Of a stretch of DNA of 28,026 nt, positions 8,741 to 18,788 are shown in pieces. The notes beneath the pieces are model-generated. The model saw nothing but the letters and a program-made list of their open reading frames with translations, was not told the DNA's origin and searched no databases. Every line of letters starts with the position of its first letter. The first letter of the stretch is position 1. The stretch spans positions 1 through 28,026 of IMG/VR virus record IMGVR_UViG_2636415477_000009. One strand, written 5' to 3'. The translations under genes and the position numbers were made by a program. This DNA is from a virus. Taxonomy: Duplodnaviria > Heunggongvirae > Uroviricota > Caudoviricetes.

Positions 8741-9372
8741 AAAGGACTCCCGGTTGTGCCGCCGCTGTCGCCGGGGTGTTTGTGGGTATGCAGTACCTTA
8801 CCGTTTGATGAGAGTTCACCGCCGGTGTGTTCAATGTTGCCGCGCATCGTCCCGCCCTTCTGCACTTCCAGCGTGCCGGTAGTCAGTTTGTTAGTGCAGA
8901 CCACTTCCGGTGTGTCCAGGGTGACACGGGTTGACGCTTTCACCGTGACCACCGGTACCGTGGCAGTAACAGAATCAGAAGCCGTCACGCTGGCCGTTTT
9001 AATTCCGCTTACCGTGAGTGCACTGGTTTCGGGTTCATACTCAATCACCGCCCCGTCAGGGAAACGGATATGCAGGGCATCCGCCGACGCAGACGGCGGA
9101 GGGTTATCACCGGAATAAATCCCCGGCAGAACGAACGCCGTGTCGAGTTCACCGCCCACGGCCAGAATCAGCACCTGTTCCCCCACGGAAGGTGCCCACC
9201 ATGTGCGCGAACGCCCGGCGCGATGGGTCAGCCACTGAAGCCAGTCGGTGCACATGCCGCCGGTCTGCACACGGCAGCGACCGGCGTTAAGGTCGGTTTC
9301 GACGATAATGCCGGTGCGGATCATGTTGCGCAGTGCGCGCGCGAGTTCCTGAATATTTGCGAGAGTGTTCAT
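8737..9372 (-). CDS. Baseplate spike protein gpV
   Basis: 211 aa; MNTLANIQELARALRNMIRTGIIVETDLNAGRCRVQTGGM... matches P2 gpV. Confidence 0.85.
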   Translation of the reverse strand: MNTLANIQELARALRNMIRTGIIVETDLNAGRCRVQTGGMCTDWLQWLTHRAGRSRTWWAPSVGEQVLILAVGGELDTAFVLPGIYSGDNPPPSASADALHIRFPDGAVIEYEPETSALTVSGIKTASVTASDSVTATVPVVTVKASTRVTLDTPEVVCTNKLTTGTLEVQKGGTMRGNIEHTGGELSSNGKVLHTHKHPGDSGGTTGSPL

Positions 9373-9438
9373 AACGGGAAGGATGCCGCCGGGTCATACC
9401 GGCGGCAATGTGACGATGAGGTGTCGGGAATGGCACAA

Positions 9439-9891
9439 CTAACGGTCGAGGTGAGCCAGGATAATCTCTTCAATCATCTGCACATCCTCACCGGTAAAGC
9501 CGAGCAGAGGACGCGCCGGATAATCAATTTTCTTACCGTCTTTCCGGTTTTCTTCCGACAGACCGAACTGATGCACACTGGCGATTTTCGGTGACTTCCC
9601 GCCGTAAAATTCCATTGATGCCTGTTCCGGGCTGGCGCGGATATGCAAAAAACGACTGGTGATAAGTTTCGCAAACATTTTTCGCTTAACGCGACCGGTC
9701 TTTTTTCTGGCGCTCTGCTGCTGGCGTGGCGCGTAGGGGGTGCCGTCCGGGGCTTTCTGTGCCATCACACGATGCTGCTGACTCTGCCGCAGACGTTTCG
9801 CCAGTTCGGCACTCAGTCGCCGACGCCCTGATGGTGACAGCGACTCAATCAGTCCGGTCAGCCGGTCTTCAAAACGCTTAAACTCATTCAT
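9439..9891 (-). CDS. Tail completion protein gpS
   Basis: 150 aa; matches P2 gpS; in the R-S pair upstream of V. Confidence 0.8.
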   Translation of the reverse strand: MNEFKRFEDRLTGLIESLSPSGRRRLSAELAKRLRQSQQHRVMAQKAPDGTPYAPRQQQSARKKTGRVKRKMFAKLITSRFLHIRASPEQASMEFYGGKSPKIASVHQFGLSEENRKDGKKIDYPARPLLGFTGEDVQMIEEIILAHLDR

Positions 9892-10351
9892 CCCACTTAC
9901 TCACCAGTTCACCATTGATATAAAGCTCCATCGGGCGGGTGACCGGCTCCGGCGGCGGTGGTTCCGGGATATTCTTCACATGCAGCGCGCCGTCAACCTC
10001 ACTGACCAGCGTGCGCTCGGTCAGCATCAGGCTGATGCTGATATCAAAGCTGCTGTCATTGTTGATGTCCGCATAAAACGTGAAGCCCTTTTTCTGGCCT
10101 TCGTCGGTGGTCATGATGTCGGGCTGATTTTCCCGCAGCCACGCCAGCACCGGCACGATGAGCAGGTCAAAATCACCGGTAAAGTCGGTCACAATCACAT
10201 TGAGCGTGTAACGCTTTTCGAATGACAGCGACGTCGCCAGTGTGGAGGCAATACTCCCGTTATCCACGAATATCCGCAGCATCTCTGGACTGGTTTTCAG
10301 CACCGTGACGGCATCAGTCAGCGCCCTGCGCAGGCTGTCGGGTTTGAGCAT
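9884..10351 (-). CDS. Tail completion protein gpR
   Basis: 155 aa; matches P2 gpR. Confidence 0.8.
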   Translation of the reverse strand: MLKPDSLRRALTDAVTVLKTSPEMLRIFVDNGSIASTLATSLSFEKRYTLNVIVTDFTGDFDLLIVPVLAWLRENQPDIMTTDEGQKKGFTFYADINNDSSFDISISLMLTERTLVSEVDGALHVKNIPEPPPPEPVTRPMELYINGELVSKWDE

Positions 10352-10604
10352 CGTTTTCGTCCTGACAGTGTTTAATCATTTTTACCTGGCTGGCACAGCG
10401 TGCCAGCGCGTTCTCAAGCTGCCGGATATCGGCACTTAAATCGCCGTTCGTCTCCGGGTCACTGCCCGGCATCGGGCAAAGACTCACTTTCGGGCAGGCG
10501 TTGGCGACAATCACTGGCGTCAGTGCAGGCGGGGCGCTGGTGCAACCGGCGCACAGCATCAGGCAGGTCAGCACCGTACCAGCGGCGAAAATCTTCGTTT
10601 TCAT
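10314..10604 (-). CDS. lysC: LysC, Rz1-like outer-membrane spanin lipoprotein, nested out of frame in lysB
   Basis: Internal start gives MKTKIFAAGTVLTCLMLCAGC... with a lipobox (LCAGC) signal peptide; lies in an alternative frame of the lysB 3' region, as in P2. Confidence 0.65.
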   Translation of the reverse strand: MKTKIFAAGTVLTCLMLCAGCTSAPPALTPVIVANACPKVSLCPMPGSDPETNGDLSADIRQLENALARCASQVKMIKHCQDENDAQTRQPAQGAD

Positions 10605-10884
10605 TGAGTAATCTCGTGATGGTTTTCTCGCGCTGTGCTTCACGCTTCGCGGCGTTCTCCAGTTCCTGACGCAGAGCCACCTGCGCCAGCTCGTTTTTGT
10701 CTGCCCTGGTGATGGCAACATGAAGCTGATTTTTCAGCATGGTGATGGTCGTCTGCTGTTCACTGGCGACGTTGTTCGCCCTGTCCAGCAAGGCGCGCAG
10801 GCTGGCGTTTTCATGCTTCGCCAGAAACAGACCGGCCACCGCCAGTGATAACAACACAACCAGCACAATCATCAGCTTTGACAT
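10459..10884 (-). CDS. lysB: LysB, Rz-like inner-membrane spanin
   Basis: 141 aa; N-terminal transmembrane helix (MSKLMIVLVVLLSLAVAGLFLA) followed by a coiled-coil-like region; position matches P2 lysB. Confidence 0.8.
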   Translation of the reverse strand: MSKLMIVLVVLLSLAVAGLFLAKHENASLRALLDRANNVASEQQTTITMLKNQLHVAITRADKNELAQVALRQELENAAKREAQREKTITRLLNENEDFRRWYGADLPDAVRRLHQRPACTDASDCRQRLPESESLPDAGQ

Positions 10885-11297
10885 GGTTCCCGCCCCTCAA
10901 AACGCTGACGACAGGCCGTGCGTATCAACCGGAAGAACACCGACGCCACGAGGTAAATCAGCGCGGTAAAAATCCACCCGGCAGCGACCAGCGAGATAAA
11001 CGTCGCCACCATCACCACCAGAGCCGCCGCCCGTCTGCGCCACGGCACCGGCTGCAAAAACAGCGACGCGACAATCTTCACGGCCAGCGATTCCGGCGGC
11101 AGCTCCCGCCCGTAGCGTTCCAGCACATACTCAGTGGCATACACGCCGACACCACCGGCAACCACACAGATAACCGTCGCCAGAATCGCCCAGGTGGCGA
11201 CAAAACTGACGGCCACGCTCTGCGGGTAAATCAGGGACAGTGCCGGCATCAGCGCCAGCGACACGTTCAGCATCAGTGAAAGGGATAATTTCTTCAT
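10872..11297 (-). CDS. lysA: LysA, membrane lysis-timing protein
   Basis: 141 aa; several hydrophobic segments; position between K and lysB as in P2. Confidence 0.75.
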   Translation of the reverse strand: MKKLSLSLMLNVSLALMPALSLIYPQSVAVSFVATWAILATVICVVAGGVGVYATEYVLERYGRELPPESLAVKIVASLFLQPVPWRRRAAALVVMVATFISLVAAGWIFTALIYLVASVFFRLIRTACRQRFEGREPCQS

Positions 11298-11311
11298 GGT
11301 GTTTACTCCGT

Positions 11312-11809
11312 TTAAGCCGGTACGCCGCCAGCGGTACGCCAGACGGTGACCAGTTTTTCCAGTGAATGCTCACGCTGACCGTAACCGGCTCCCGGCAGGG
11401 ACGCCCAGATATTGCGACAGCGTGAAATGGCGCGCTCAATGCGTCCCGCCCGGATGTCATCCAGTGCACCGCGTTCGCGGATCAACTGAATGGCGAGTCT
11501 GTCCTGTGACAACGGACTGAAATCCGGCAGGGCAAGCTGTTTGCGGTAGTGCGGCCAGAACAGGTAAAGCTGCTGATAGCGACCGGAGGCCGTGGATTTT
11601 TCACCGCGACGGTTAAACACCTTCGCCGGTCGGCCATGCGCGAACGGGTGGTCACTGTAGTCGGTGAAAATTTCCGGCTTCCCGTCCAGTCCGGTGACTA
11701 TCACGTCATAGCCCCGGTTTTTCGTCAGCGGATGATTCGCCGTCCCTTCGGACACGGCCAGCATGTCGAGAAAGGCAGCGATATTCTGATGCGTGTTAAT
11801 TACCGGCAT
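11312..11809 (-). CDS. Endolysin gpK (lysozyme-like)
   Basis: 165 aa; MPVINTHQNIAAFLDMLAVSEGT... matches P2 gpK. Confidence 0.85.
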   Translation of the reverse strand: MPVINTHQNIAAFLDMLAVSEGTANHPLTKNRGYDVIVTGLDGKPEIFTDYSDHPFAHGRPAKVFNRRGEKSTASGRYQQLYLFWPHYRKQLALPDFSPLSQDRLAIQLIRERGALDDIRAGRIERAISRCRNIWASLPGAGYGQREHSLEKLVTVWRTAGGVPA

Positions 11810-12090
11810 TACTGTTTCCCCCTGCCCTTAAAACGGCGCTGAATGGCAATCTCAATCACCTGATAACCGGCGATACCCAGCATGGAGCCGATGCCGCACA
11901 CCGCAGGCAGTGACAGGTCAGGGAACTGCACCAGAACAACACCGGCAACCATCGAGACAAAACCACCGAGCAACATGCGCCCGATAAACAGACGCGGGGT
12001 GATGGGTTCACCACCGGCAAGCACCTTGCCGACAACAATCAGCACTCCAATCATAAAAAGCGACAGGACGCTTTTTTCTTCTGCTGTCAT
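11809..12090 (-). CDS. Holin gpY
   Basis: 93 aa; hydrophobic helices and a charged C-terminus (RRFKGRGKQ); directly upstream of the endolysin. Confidence 0.8.
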   Translation of the reverse strand: MTAEEKSVLSLFMIGVLIVVGKVLAGGEPITPRLFIGRMLLGGFVSMVAGVVLVQFPDLSLPAVCGIGSMLGIAGYQVIEIAIQRRFKGRGKQ

Positions 12091-12093
12091 GCG

Positions 12094-12297
12094 TTACTCC
12101 CACAGATTGACAGTTTCAGCCACGGGCGCGGTCTGAACGTCGGGCAGTTCGACGGCGGTGCCGTGCGGCAGCACCGCGCCCAGTTCAGCCAGTCCCGGAT
12201 TTGCGGCGAGCACGGTCTCAACCACGCCCTCAGTGCGCCCGTAATACCGGACACAAATGGCGTCGAGCGTGTCGCCCTGTAGCGCAAAGGTCTTCAT
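12094..12297 (-). CDS. Tail protein gpX
   Basis: 67 aa from the internal start MKTFALQGDTLDAICVRYYG...; its ATG overlaps the L stop (ATGA) at 12295..12299. The tracked ORF extends upstream to 12366. Confidence 0.7.
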   Translation of the reverse strand: MKTFALQGDTLDAICVRYYGRTEGVVETVLAANPGLAELGAVLPHGTAVELPDVQTAPVAETVNLWE

Positions 12298-12806
12298 CAG
12301 ATTTGACTCACTATGCAGCGCGGCTTGTCCTGGATACGCGCCACTGCCCAGCGCATATCCCGCCACAGCTCATCAATGGTGCTGTCAATGCTGTCGGCCT
12401 TCTTGTCGCCTTTCGCACTGGCATCCACACCGCGATAACGTTCATAAAGCGACGCGGTCGCCATCGCACACACGGCGCGCTCGTAGTAAAAAACTTTGAT
12501 GCTTTCACCGTCGATGTCGTCCGCCGGGACGTCCGCCAGACGCGTAAAACCGGCGGCAATTTTCTGTTCGCGGTACTCGTACAGCTCCGCATTCGTCTCC
12601 GCCATGCCTGACTTGATGGCCTCACGCAGACGGGCGGGGGCGACGGTCTGCTCAAGGCGCATACGTTCCCGGACGCGCTTCGGGTCGATATCGGGAAAAA
12701 AGAACGTGTTTTTAATCACCGGCTCGTCGCCTGCCGGTTGCGGGATGACCACCGTACCCTCACCGGACACGGGAGCCTCCTTTCGCGGAATAATCAGCGT
12801 CATCAT
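12297..12806 (-). CDS. Head completion protein gpL
   Basis: About 169 aa from the internal start MMTLIIPRKEAPVSGEGTVV...; matches P2 gpL. Confidence 0.8.
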   Translation of the reverse strand: MMTLIIPRKEAPVSGEGTVVIPQPAGDEPVIKNTFFFPDIDPKRVRERMRLEQTVAPARLREAIKSGMAETNAELYEYREQKIAAGFTRLADVPADDIDGESIKVFYYERAVCAMATASLYERYRGVDASAKGDKKADSIDSTIDELWRDMRWAVARIQDKPRCIVSQI

Positions 12807-12905
12807 GACTACCTCTGAAAAGTCGGGCGGTGGACGCCGGTGCAGTGTCAGGTGATTCACCCTCACTGACCGGCGTGCCGCCCTGGCGCGGGGCGCATTC
12901 GGTTG

Positions 12906-13649
12906 TTAACTGGCTTTCTTTTTCGGGCGTCCACGTTTTGCCGGTGTCACGCTCCGGATCTTACGCGGGGCGCGGGTGGCCGCTTTGGGCTGCGGCTCCG
13001 GCTTCGGTTTCAGCTCCCGCTCCAGTCGTTCAATCTCTTTTTTGACGCCTGCCTGACAGTCGAGCTGTGTCGCACGTTGCAGGTGAGCCAGCGCACCGGC
13101 GGCATCACCACCGTCACGCAGAAACAGACCGGTGATTTTGTGCAGCTTTGCGCGCACTTCATCAGGCATGTCAGCCGTGGCGGTCAGTTCAAGGGTCTCC
13201 GTCAGCAGGCGGGTATCCACAGACTCACCGGCAGCGTGGGCACGCATGGCCGCAAGCGCTACCTCCTCGGTGAACATGTACGGCGGGGTACGGCGGTGTT
13301 TACCCGGCATGGTCAGACCGTACTTCAGGGCATAACGGGCAATCTCCAGCGCACCGGCAATATCGCCGGTATCCAGACGCCACAGCATGACCGTCATCAG
13401 AATGTCATCCTGTGCACCTTTGCCCTGCTCCAGCACGCCGTTCACCCACGGCAACCAGAACGGCAGCAGTTCGCGTTTTTTCGCGGCCTTCAGCTCTTTT
13501 GAATAAATCGCTTTCAGTGTGCGCTGGTCTGCGGCGAGCTTAACCAGCATCTGCTCATAGACAGTTGCATGTCGCAGCGGGGCGGCTTCCCGCTGCGCGG
13601 TCATCGCTGCCGAGACCCGCATCATGTGGCGCTGTGCGGGACTCGTCAT
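12906..13649 (-). CDS. Terminase small/endonuclease subunit gpM
   Basis: 247 aa; matches P2 gpM; basic C-terminal tail (KRGRPKKKAS). Confidence 0.85.
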   Translation of the reverse strand: MTSPAQRHMMRVSAAMTAQREAAPLRHATVYEQMLVKLAADQRTLKAIYSKELKAAKKRELLPFWLPWVNGVLEQGKGAQDDILMTVMLWRLDTGDIAGALEIARYALKYGLTMPGKHRRTPPYMFTEEVALAAMRAHAAGESVDTRLLTETLELTATADMPDEVRAKLHKITGLFLRDGGDAAGALAHLQRATQLDCQAGVKKEIERLERELKPKPEPQPKAATRAPRKIRSVTPAKRGRPKKKAS

Positions 13650-13652
13650 CGG

Positions 13653-14726
13653 TTACGCTCCCGGCTCTGCGGTCGCTTTAGCCAGTGTGGAGAAATCACC
13701 GACCTTAATTTTTTCCACCAGACAACCGGCGGCGTAGTCTTCCACCACGTAATCAATGTTCATTGACTCGTAGTTCTCCACGCGGTCGAGTTTCGGGTTT
13801 TCCTCAATCACGCGGCGATGGCTGTCATCCATGTAGTAGATGGACAGGTTTTCCAGCTTTGTGATGAGCATCGCATCCGCCGGGAAGTACGGGACGCGTA
13901 CCGCCGGCAGGTTACCGATGCGTTTCTGGCTGATGATGACGTCAGCGGCCAGCATTTCGCTGTTGTCCTGCTCCTTGTTGACGATGGGAAAATACTTGTC
14001 CGCCAGTAGCTGACGTCCCACAATCACCACAAGGTCAGGGTCTTCCTGATACCACGGCTCAATCAGGTTGTTGGTCGCATCCATCACCAGTGCGTCAAGG
14101 CTGGCATAATCACCGCCCTTACCCACGCGGATAACCTCAGAGGTGGTGTGCCCTTCCTCGTCAGTGACCTTGCTCATCACGCGCGCCGGGGCTTCATTGC
14201 GGTATTTCTGCAGCCAGCCGACCGCCACATCCTGCAGCATCGGATTGCTGCTGCGGTCAGAGGTTTCGGCACGCCTCACGCCGTTAAAACCGGCCATGAT
14301 TAAATCAAGGGACTGGCGTTTGATAATGGCGTTACGGACACGGAGCTGGAAATCCTGATAACGCGCCCACAGGTCCAGCGTTTTGTAGCGGATATAAAAA
14401 TCGAAGTTAATCTGGTCGCATTCGTACTTGTTTGACGCCAGCTTCGAGAAGTCCTTCGGCTGACGCTCGGTGCCACCGGCGGTGTCGGTGGTGCTGGCGA
14501 TGGAGCCGGTGACACCGATGCCAATTTTTTCCCCTTTCATTTCGCTGACCGGCACAATGTTGATGCGGGTCAGAAAGTCAGAGGACTCCTGCATGGTGTT
14601 CATCAGGGTCTGGGTGACCGACGGTTCAACGGTGAATTTTTTCGACACATCACCGGCGTCGATGCCGTTCAGTTCGGCAACACGGGACAGGTAGGCATTA
14701 AATTTAAAGCGGGTTTCCTGGCGCAT
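13653..14726 (-). CDS. Major capsid protein gpN
   Basis: 357 aa; MRQETRFKFNAYLSRVAELNGIDAGDVSKKFTVEPSVTQ... matches P2 gpN. Confidence 0.9.
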   Translation of the reverse strand: MRQETRFKFNAYLSRVAELNGIDAGDVSKKFTVEPSVTQTLMNTMQESSDFLTRINIVPVSEMKGEKIGIGVTGSIASTTDTAGGTERQPKDFSKLASNKYECDQINFDFYIRYKTLDLWARYQDFQLRVRNAIIKRQSLDLIMAGFNGVRRAETSDRSSNPMLQDVAVGWLQKYRNEAPARVMSKVTDEEGHTTSEVIRVGKGGDYASLDALVMDATNNLIEPWYQEDPDLVVIVGRQLLADKYFPIVNKEQDNSEMLAADVIISQKRIGNLPAVRVPYFPADAMLITKLENLSIYYMDDSHRRVIEENPKLDRVENYESMNIDYVVEDYAAGCLVEKIKVGDFSTLAKATAEPGA

Positions 14727-14784
14727 AGTTTTTCCTGAAATTAAGGGTTAATCGTGAAGGTTTTCCCGGACTGACTGACGCCGG

Positions 14785-15639
14785 TCAGCAGTTCGTCATC
14801 AGGGCGTCACCGCCACCACCGGTGGCCTTGCTGCGGCGCTGCTGGGTCAGACTTTCGGTGTGGTCGAGACTGTTTTTCAGGCGGGTGAATGCCTGGCTGG
14901 TTTCATCCGCCCTGTCAGTCACATCCTGCTTAAGTGCGGAAAAAGCGGTTTCCATCTCAGCGAGGCGCTGCTCAGTGGCGCTCAGTTTTTCCTGCACATG
15001 TTCAGCAACAGCGGTCACCGCTTCATGCACGTCATTCAGACGGGCGTCATCGCTGGCCTGTTTGCGGCCAAAAATGGACTTCACCTTTTCGGTCAGGGCG
15101 GTGAACACGGTTTCAGGCAGGTCTTCAAATTCCAGCTCAACGGGCGTTGCCACTGAAATCAGGTTTTCAGGGCTTAATTTGAAGCGGTTCAGGGGGTTGT
15201 GTTTTGCCGTGCGGCAGAATTCCAGGTATTCCGTGCCGAGGCTTGCCGGGTCATCGGTGACGGCCAGACCCACCAGATAACATTTGCCGGTGTTGGCAAA
15301 GTTCGGCTGAATTTCCATTGAGGTGTAGACCTTCTGCGCGGCCTTGTTCATCGCGATAAGGTCATCGGTCGGGGTGATTTTCGCAAACAGCGCCCATTTG
15401 CCTTTCAGCGCCGAATCATCGTCAATCTTTTCGGCCTTCAGTTCGACCACATCGCCATAACGCTTAAAAATACCGTCAGGCAGGATGCCGCGCAGATGTT
15501 CCAGGTTAATGCGGCAACCATAGACTCGCGGGTCAAAGGTTTCGGCCATTTCCTGAATATCCTGCGCACTGATGACACGCCCGTCACAGGTGTCACCCTC
15601 AACGCCGATACGAAAGAATTTTGAGACTTTTTTTGCCAT
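14785..15639 (-). CDS. Capsid scaffolding protein gpO
   Basis: About 284 aa from the internal start MAKKVSKFFRIGVEGDTCDGR...; matches P2 gpO. The tracked ORF extends to 15705. Confidence 0.85.
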   Translation of the reverse strand: MAKKVSKFFRIGVEGDTCDGRVISAQDIQEMAETFDPRVYGCRINLEHLRGILPDGIFKRYGDVVELKAEKIDDDSALKGKWALFAKITPTDDLIAMNKAAQKVYTSMEIQPNFANTGKCYLVGLAVTDDPASLGTEYLEFCRTAKHNPLNRFKLSPENLISVATPVELEFEDLPETVFTALTEKVKSIFGRKQASDDARLNDVHEAVTAVAEHVQEKLSATEQRLAEMETAFSALKQDVTDRADETSQAFTRLKNSLDHTESLTQQRRSKATGGGGDALMTNC

Positions 15640-15812
15640 TGTCAGGAGTCCTGAATAGTGATTAGAGGAGTCACATGTCGGCATCAGTTTCCCGACGATG
15701 CGCATCCTCCGCCATCAGTCCCGGATGGCTTATCACTGACACAACAGCACCTTAGCGAATCGCGGGGCGCGACTCAGTAGCCTTGCCGTGTATTCATCAC
15801 GGCGAGGTATTC
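15640..15812. promoter_or_regulatory. Divergent late-promoter region between gpO and gpP (expected Ogr-dependent)
   Basis: Intergenic region between the divergently transcribed O (minus) and P (plus) operons, where P2 has its Ogr-activated late promoters; the activator-site dyad itself was not confidently identified by eye. Confidence 0.4.
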
Positions 15813-17585
15813 ATGACCATCACCACAGACACCACTCTTTTGCACGACCCGCGTCGTCAGGCGGCGCTGCTGTACTGGCAGGGGTTTTCCGTGCCGCAGA
15901 TTGCCGCCATGTTGCAGATGAAACGCCCGACGGTGCAGAGCTGGAAACAGCGCGACGGCTGGGACAGCGTTGCCCCCATCAGCCGTGTCGAAATGAGTCT
16001 GGAAGCGCGGCTGACCCAGCTCATCATCAAACCGCAGAAAACCGGCGGTGACTTCAAGGAAATTGACCTGCTCGGACGCCAGATTGAACGACTGGCACGG
16101 GTAAACCGCTACAGCCAGACCGGCAACGAGGCAGACCTTAATCCGAACATCGCTAACCGCAACAAAGGCGGGCGGCGCAAACCGAAAAAGAATTTTTTCA
16201 GTGACGAGGCTATCGAAAAGCTGGAGCAGATTTTCTTTGAGCAGTCTTTCGAATATCAGTTGCACTGGTATCGCGCCGGGCTTGAGCACCGCATCCGCGA
16301 TATCCTGAAATCCCGCCAGATTGGCGCGACGTTTTATTTTTCCCGCGAGGCGCTGCTGCGCGCCCTGAAAACCGGTCATAACCAGATTTTTCTGTCGGCC
16401 AGTAAAACGCAGGCGTATGTGTTCCGCGAATACATCATCGCCTTTGCCCGGCTGGTTGACGTTGACCTGACCGGTGACCCGATTGTCCTGGGCAATAACG
16501 GCGCAAAACTGATTTTTCTCGGCACCAACTCCAACACCGCGCAGAGCCATAACGGCGACCTGTACGTCGACGAGATTTTCTGGATACCGAATTTTCAGGT
16601 ACTGCGTAAGGTGGCATCAGGTATGGCCTCACAGAGTCACCTGCGCTCGACCTATTTCTCCACCCCGTCCACGCTGGCGCACGACGCCTACCCGTTCTGG
16701 TCGGGTGAACTGTTCAACCGGGGACGCGCCAGCGCCGCCGAACGCGTGGAAATCGACGTCAGTCATAACGCTCTTGCCGGTGGGCTTCTCTGTGCGGACG
16801 GTCAGTGGCGGCAGATTGTCACCATTGAGGACGCGCTGAAAGGCGGCTGCACGCTGTTCGACATTGAGCAGCTCAAACGCGAAAACAGCGCCGACGATTT
16901 TAAAAACCTGTTCATGTGTGAATTTGTTGACGACAAGGCGTCAGTGTTCCCGTTCGAGGAGCTGCAACGCTGCATGGTCGACACGCTGGAAGAATGGGAA
17001 GACTACGCGCCGTTTGCCACCAATCCGTTCGGCTCCCGCCCGGTATGGATTGGTTACGACCCGTCACACCGTGGCGACAGCGCCGGATGCGTGGTGCTGG
17101 CACCGCCGGTGGTGGCCGGTGGCAAATTCAGAATACTTGAGCGCCATCAGTGGAAAGGCATGGACTTTGCCACCCAGGCGGAATCCATCCGCAAACTCAC
17201 TGAAAAATACAACGTCGAATACATCGGTATTGATGCCACCGGCCTCGGTGTCGGCGTGTTCCAGCTCGTGCGCTCGTTCTATCCCGCCGCGCGCGATATC
17301 CGCTACACGCCGGAAATGAAAACCGCAATGGTGCTCAAGGCAAAAGACGTTATCCGCCGTGGCTGTCTGGAATATGACGTCAGCGCCACCGACATCACCA
17401 GCTCGTTTATGGCTATCCGCAAGACCATGACCAGCAGCGGACGCAGCGCCACCTATGAGGCCAGCCGCAGCGAGGAAGCCAGCCACGCCGACCTCGCCTG
17501 GGCGACCATGCACGCCCTGTTAAATGAGCCACTCACCGCCGGTATCAGCACCCCGCTGACATCCACCATTCTGGAGTTTTACTGA
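15813..17585 (+). CDS. Terminase large subunit (ATPase) gpP
   Basis: About 590 aa from the internal start MTITTDTTLLHDPRRQAALLYWQGFSVPQIAAMLQ...; matches P2 gpP. Confidence 0.9.
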   Translation: MTITTDTTLLHDPRRQAALLYWQGFSVPQIAAMLQMKRPTVQSWKQRDGWDSVAPISRVEMSLEARLTQLIIKPQKTGGDFKEIDLLGRQIERLARVNRYSQTGNEADLNPNIANRNKGGRRKPKKNFFSDEAIEKLEQIFFEQSFEYQLHWYRAGLEHRIRDILKSRQIGATFYFSREALLRALKTGHNQIFLSASKTQAYVFREYIIAFARLVDVDLTGDPIVLGNNGAKLIFLGTNSNTAQSHNGDLYVDEIFWIPNFQVLRKVASGMASQSHLRSTYFSTPSTLAHDAYPFWSGELFNRGRASAAERVEIDVSHNALAGGLLCADGQWRQIVTIEDALKGGCTLFDIEQLKRENSADDFKNLFMCEFVDDKASVFPFEELQRCMVDTLEEWEDYAPFATNPFGSRPVWIGYDPSHRGDSAGCVVLAPPVVAGGKFRILERHQWKGMDFATQAESIRKLTEKYNVEYIGIDATGLGVGVFQLVRSFYPAARDIRYTPEMKTAMVLKAKDVIRRGCLEYDVSATDITSSFMAIRKTMTSSGRSATYEASRSEEASHADLAWATMHALLNEPLTAGISTPLTSTILEFY

Positions 17586-18619
17586 TGAGCAAGAAAAAAG
17601 GGAAAACACCGCAACCTGCGGCAAAAACAATGACCACCAGCGCCCCGAAAATGGAGGCATTCACCTTTGGTGAGCCGGTGCCGGTACTCGACCGCCGTGA
17701 CATTCTGGATTACGTCGAATGCATCAGTAACGGCAGATGGTATGAGCCACCGGTCAGCTTTACCGGTCTGGCAAAAAGCCTGCGTGCTGCCGTGCATCAC
17801 AGCTCACCGATTTACGTCAAACGTAATATTCTGGCCTCGACATTTATCCCGCATCCGTGGCTTTCCCAGCAGGATTTCAGCCGCTTTGTGCTGGATTTTC
17901 TGGTGTTCGGTAATGCGTTTCTGGAAAAGCGCTACAGCACTACCGGTAAGGTCATCAGACTGGAAACCTCACCGGCAAAATATACCCGCCGTGGCGTGGA
18001 GGAGGATGTTTACTGGTGGGTGCCATCCTTCAACGAGCCGACACCTTTCGCGCCCGGCTCCGTGTTTCACCTGCTGGAGCCGGATATCAATCAGGAGCTG
18101 TACGGCCTGCCGGAATATCTCAGCGCCCTTAACTCTGCCTGGCTGAATGAGTCGGCCACGCTGTTCCGCCGCAAGTATTACGAAAACGGCGCACATGCCG
18201 GATACATCATGTACGTCACCGATGCCGTGCAGGATCGCAACGATATCGAAATGCTTCGCGAAAACATGGTGAAGTCGAAAGGCCGCAACAACTTTAAAAA
18301 CCTGTTTCTCTACGCCCCACAGGGAAAAGCCGACGGTATTAAAATTATCCCGCTCAGTGAAGTGGCAACGAAGGACGATTTTTTTAATATCAAAAAAGCC
18401 AGCGCCGCAGACCTGCTGGACGCGCACCGCATCCCTTTTCAGTTGATGGGCGGCAAGCCGGAGAACGTCGGGTCGCTGGGTGATATTGAGAAAGTGGCAA
18501 AGGTCTTTGTCCGCAATGAGCTTATCCCGTTACAGGACAGGATCCGCGAGATAAACGGCTGGCTCGGTCAGGAGGTCATCCGCTTTAAAAACTACTCACT
18601 GGACACTGACAACGGCTGA
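17585..18619 (+). CDS. Portal protein gpQ
   Basis: 344 aa; matches P2 gpQ; start overlaps the P stop. Confidence 0.9.
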   Translation: MSKKKGKTPQPAAKTMTTSAPKMEAFTFGEPVPVLDRRDILDYVECISNGRWYEPPVSFTGLAKSLRAAVHHSSPIYVKRNILASTFIPHPWLSQQDFSRFVLDFLVFGNAFLEKRYSTTGKVIRLETSPAKYTRRGVEEDVYWWVPSFNEPTPFAPGSVFHLLEPDINQELYGLPEYLSALNSAWLNESATLFRRKYYENGAHAGYIMYVTDAVQDRNDIEMLRENMVKSKGRNNFKNLFLYAPQGKADGIKIIPLSEVATKDDFFNIKKASAADLLDAHRIPFQLMGGKPENVGSLGDIEKVAKVFVRNELIPLQDRIREINGWLGQEVIRFKNYSLDTDNG

Positions 18620-18624
18620 ACATC

Positions 18625-18646
18625 GCCGCCTGCGGGCGGCTTTTTT
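18625..18646 (+). terminator. Rho-independent terminator after gpQ
   Basis: gccgcctgcgggcggc hairpin followed by tttttt, a few bp after the Q stop. Confidence 0.7.
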
Positions 18647-18788
18647 ACACCCCGTCATCACGCCCTCACACGCTCACCACCGCACAAAACAGCCCGCATA
18701 CACACCAACGCCCCGGCGAACAATCCAAACGCCATCACGACGCGCTCAGACGCTGAAAAAATAAAATCAGCACCACCGCCAGCGCGCA

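Noticed and set aside
12903-13502. 199-aa plus-strand ORF antisense to gpM, and similar long antisense ORFs in the tail/lysis block (for example 6744..7454, 7258..7869, 8678..9118, 10845..11279, 12201..12611)
   Set aside because: Each overlaps a P2-matching gene on the opposite strand; Arg/Pro/Ala-rich translations typical of antisense frames in GC-rich phage DNA.
15774-16550. 258-aa minus-strand ORF overlapping the start of gpP
   Set aside because: Antisense to the terminase large subunit, which matches P2 gpP along its length; low-complexity translated product.
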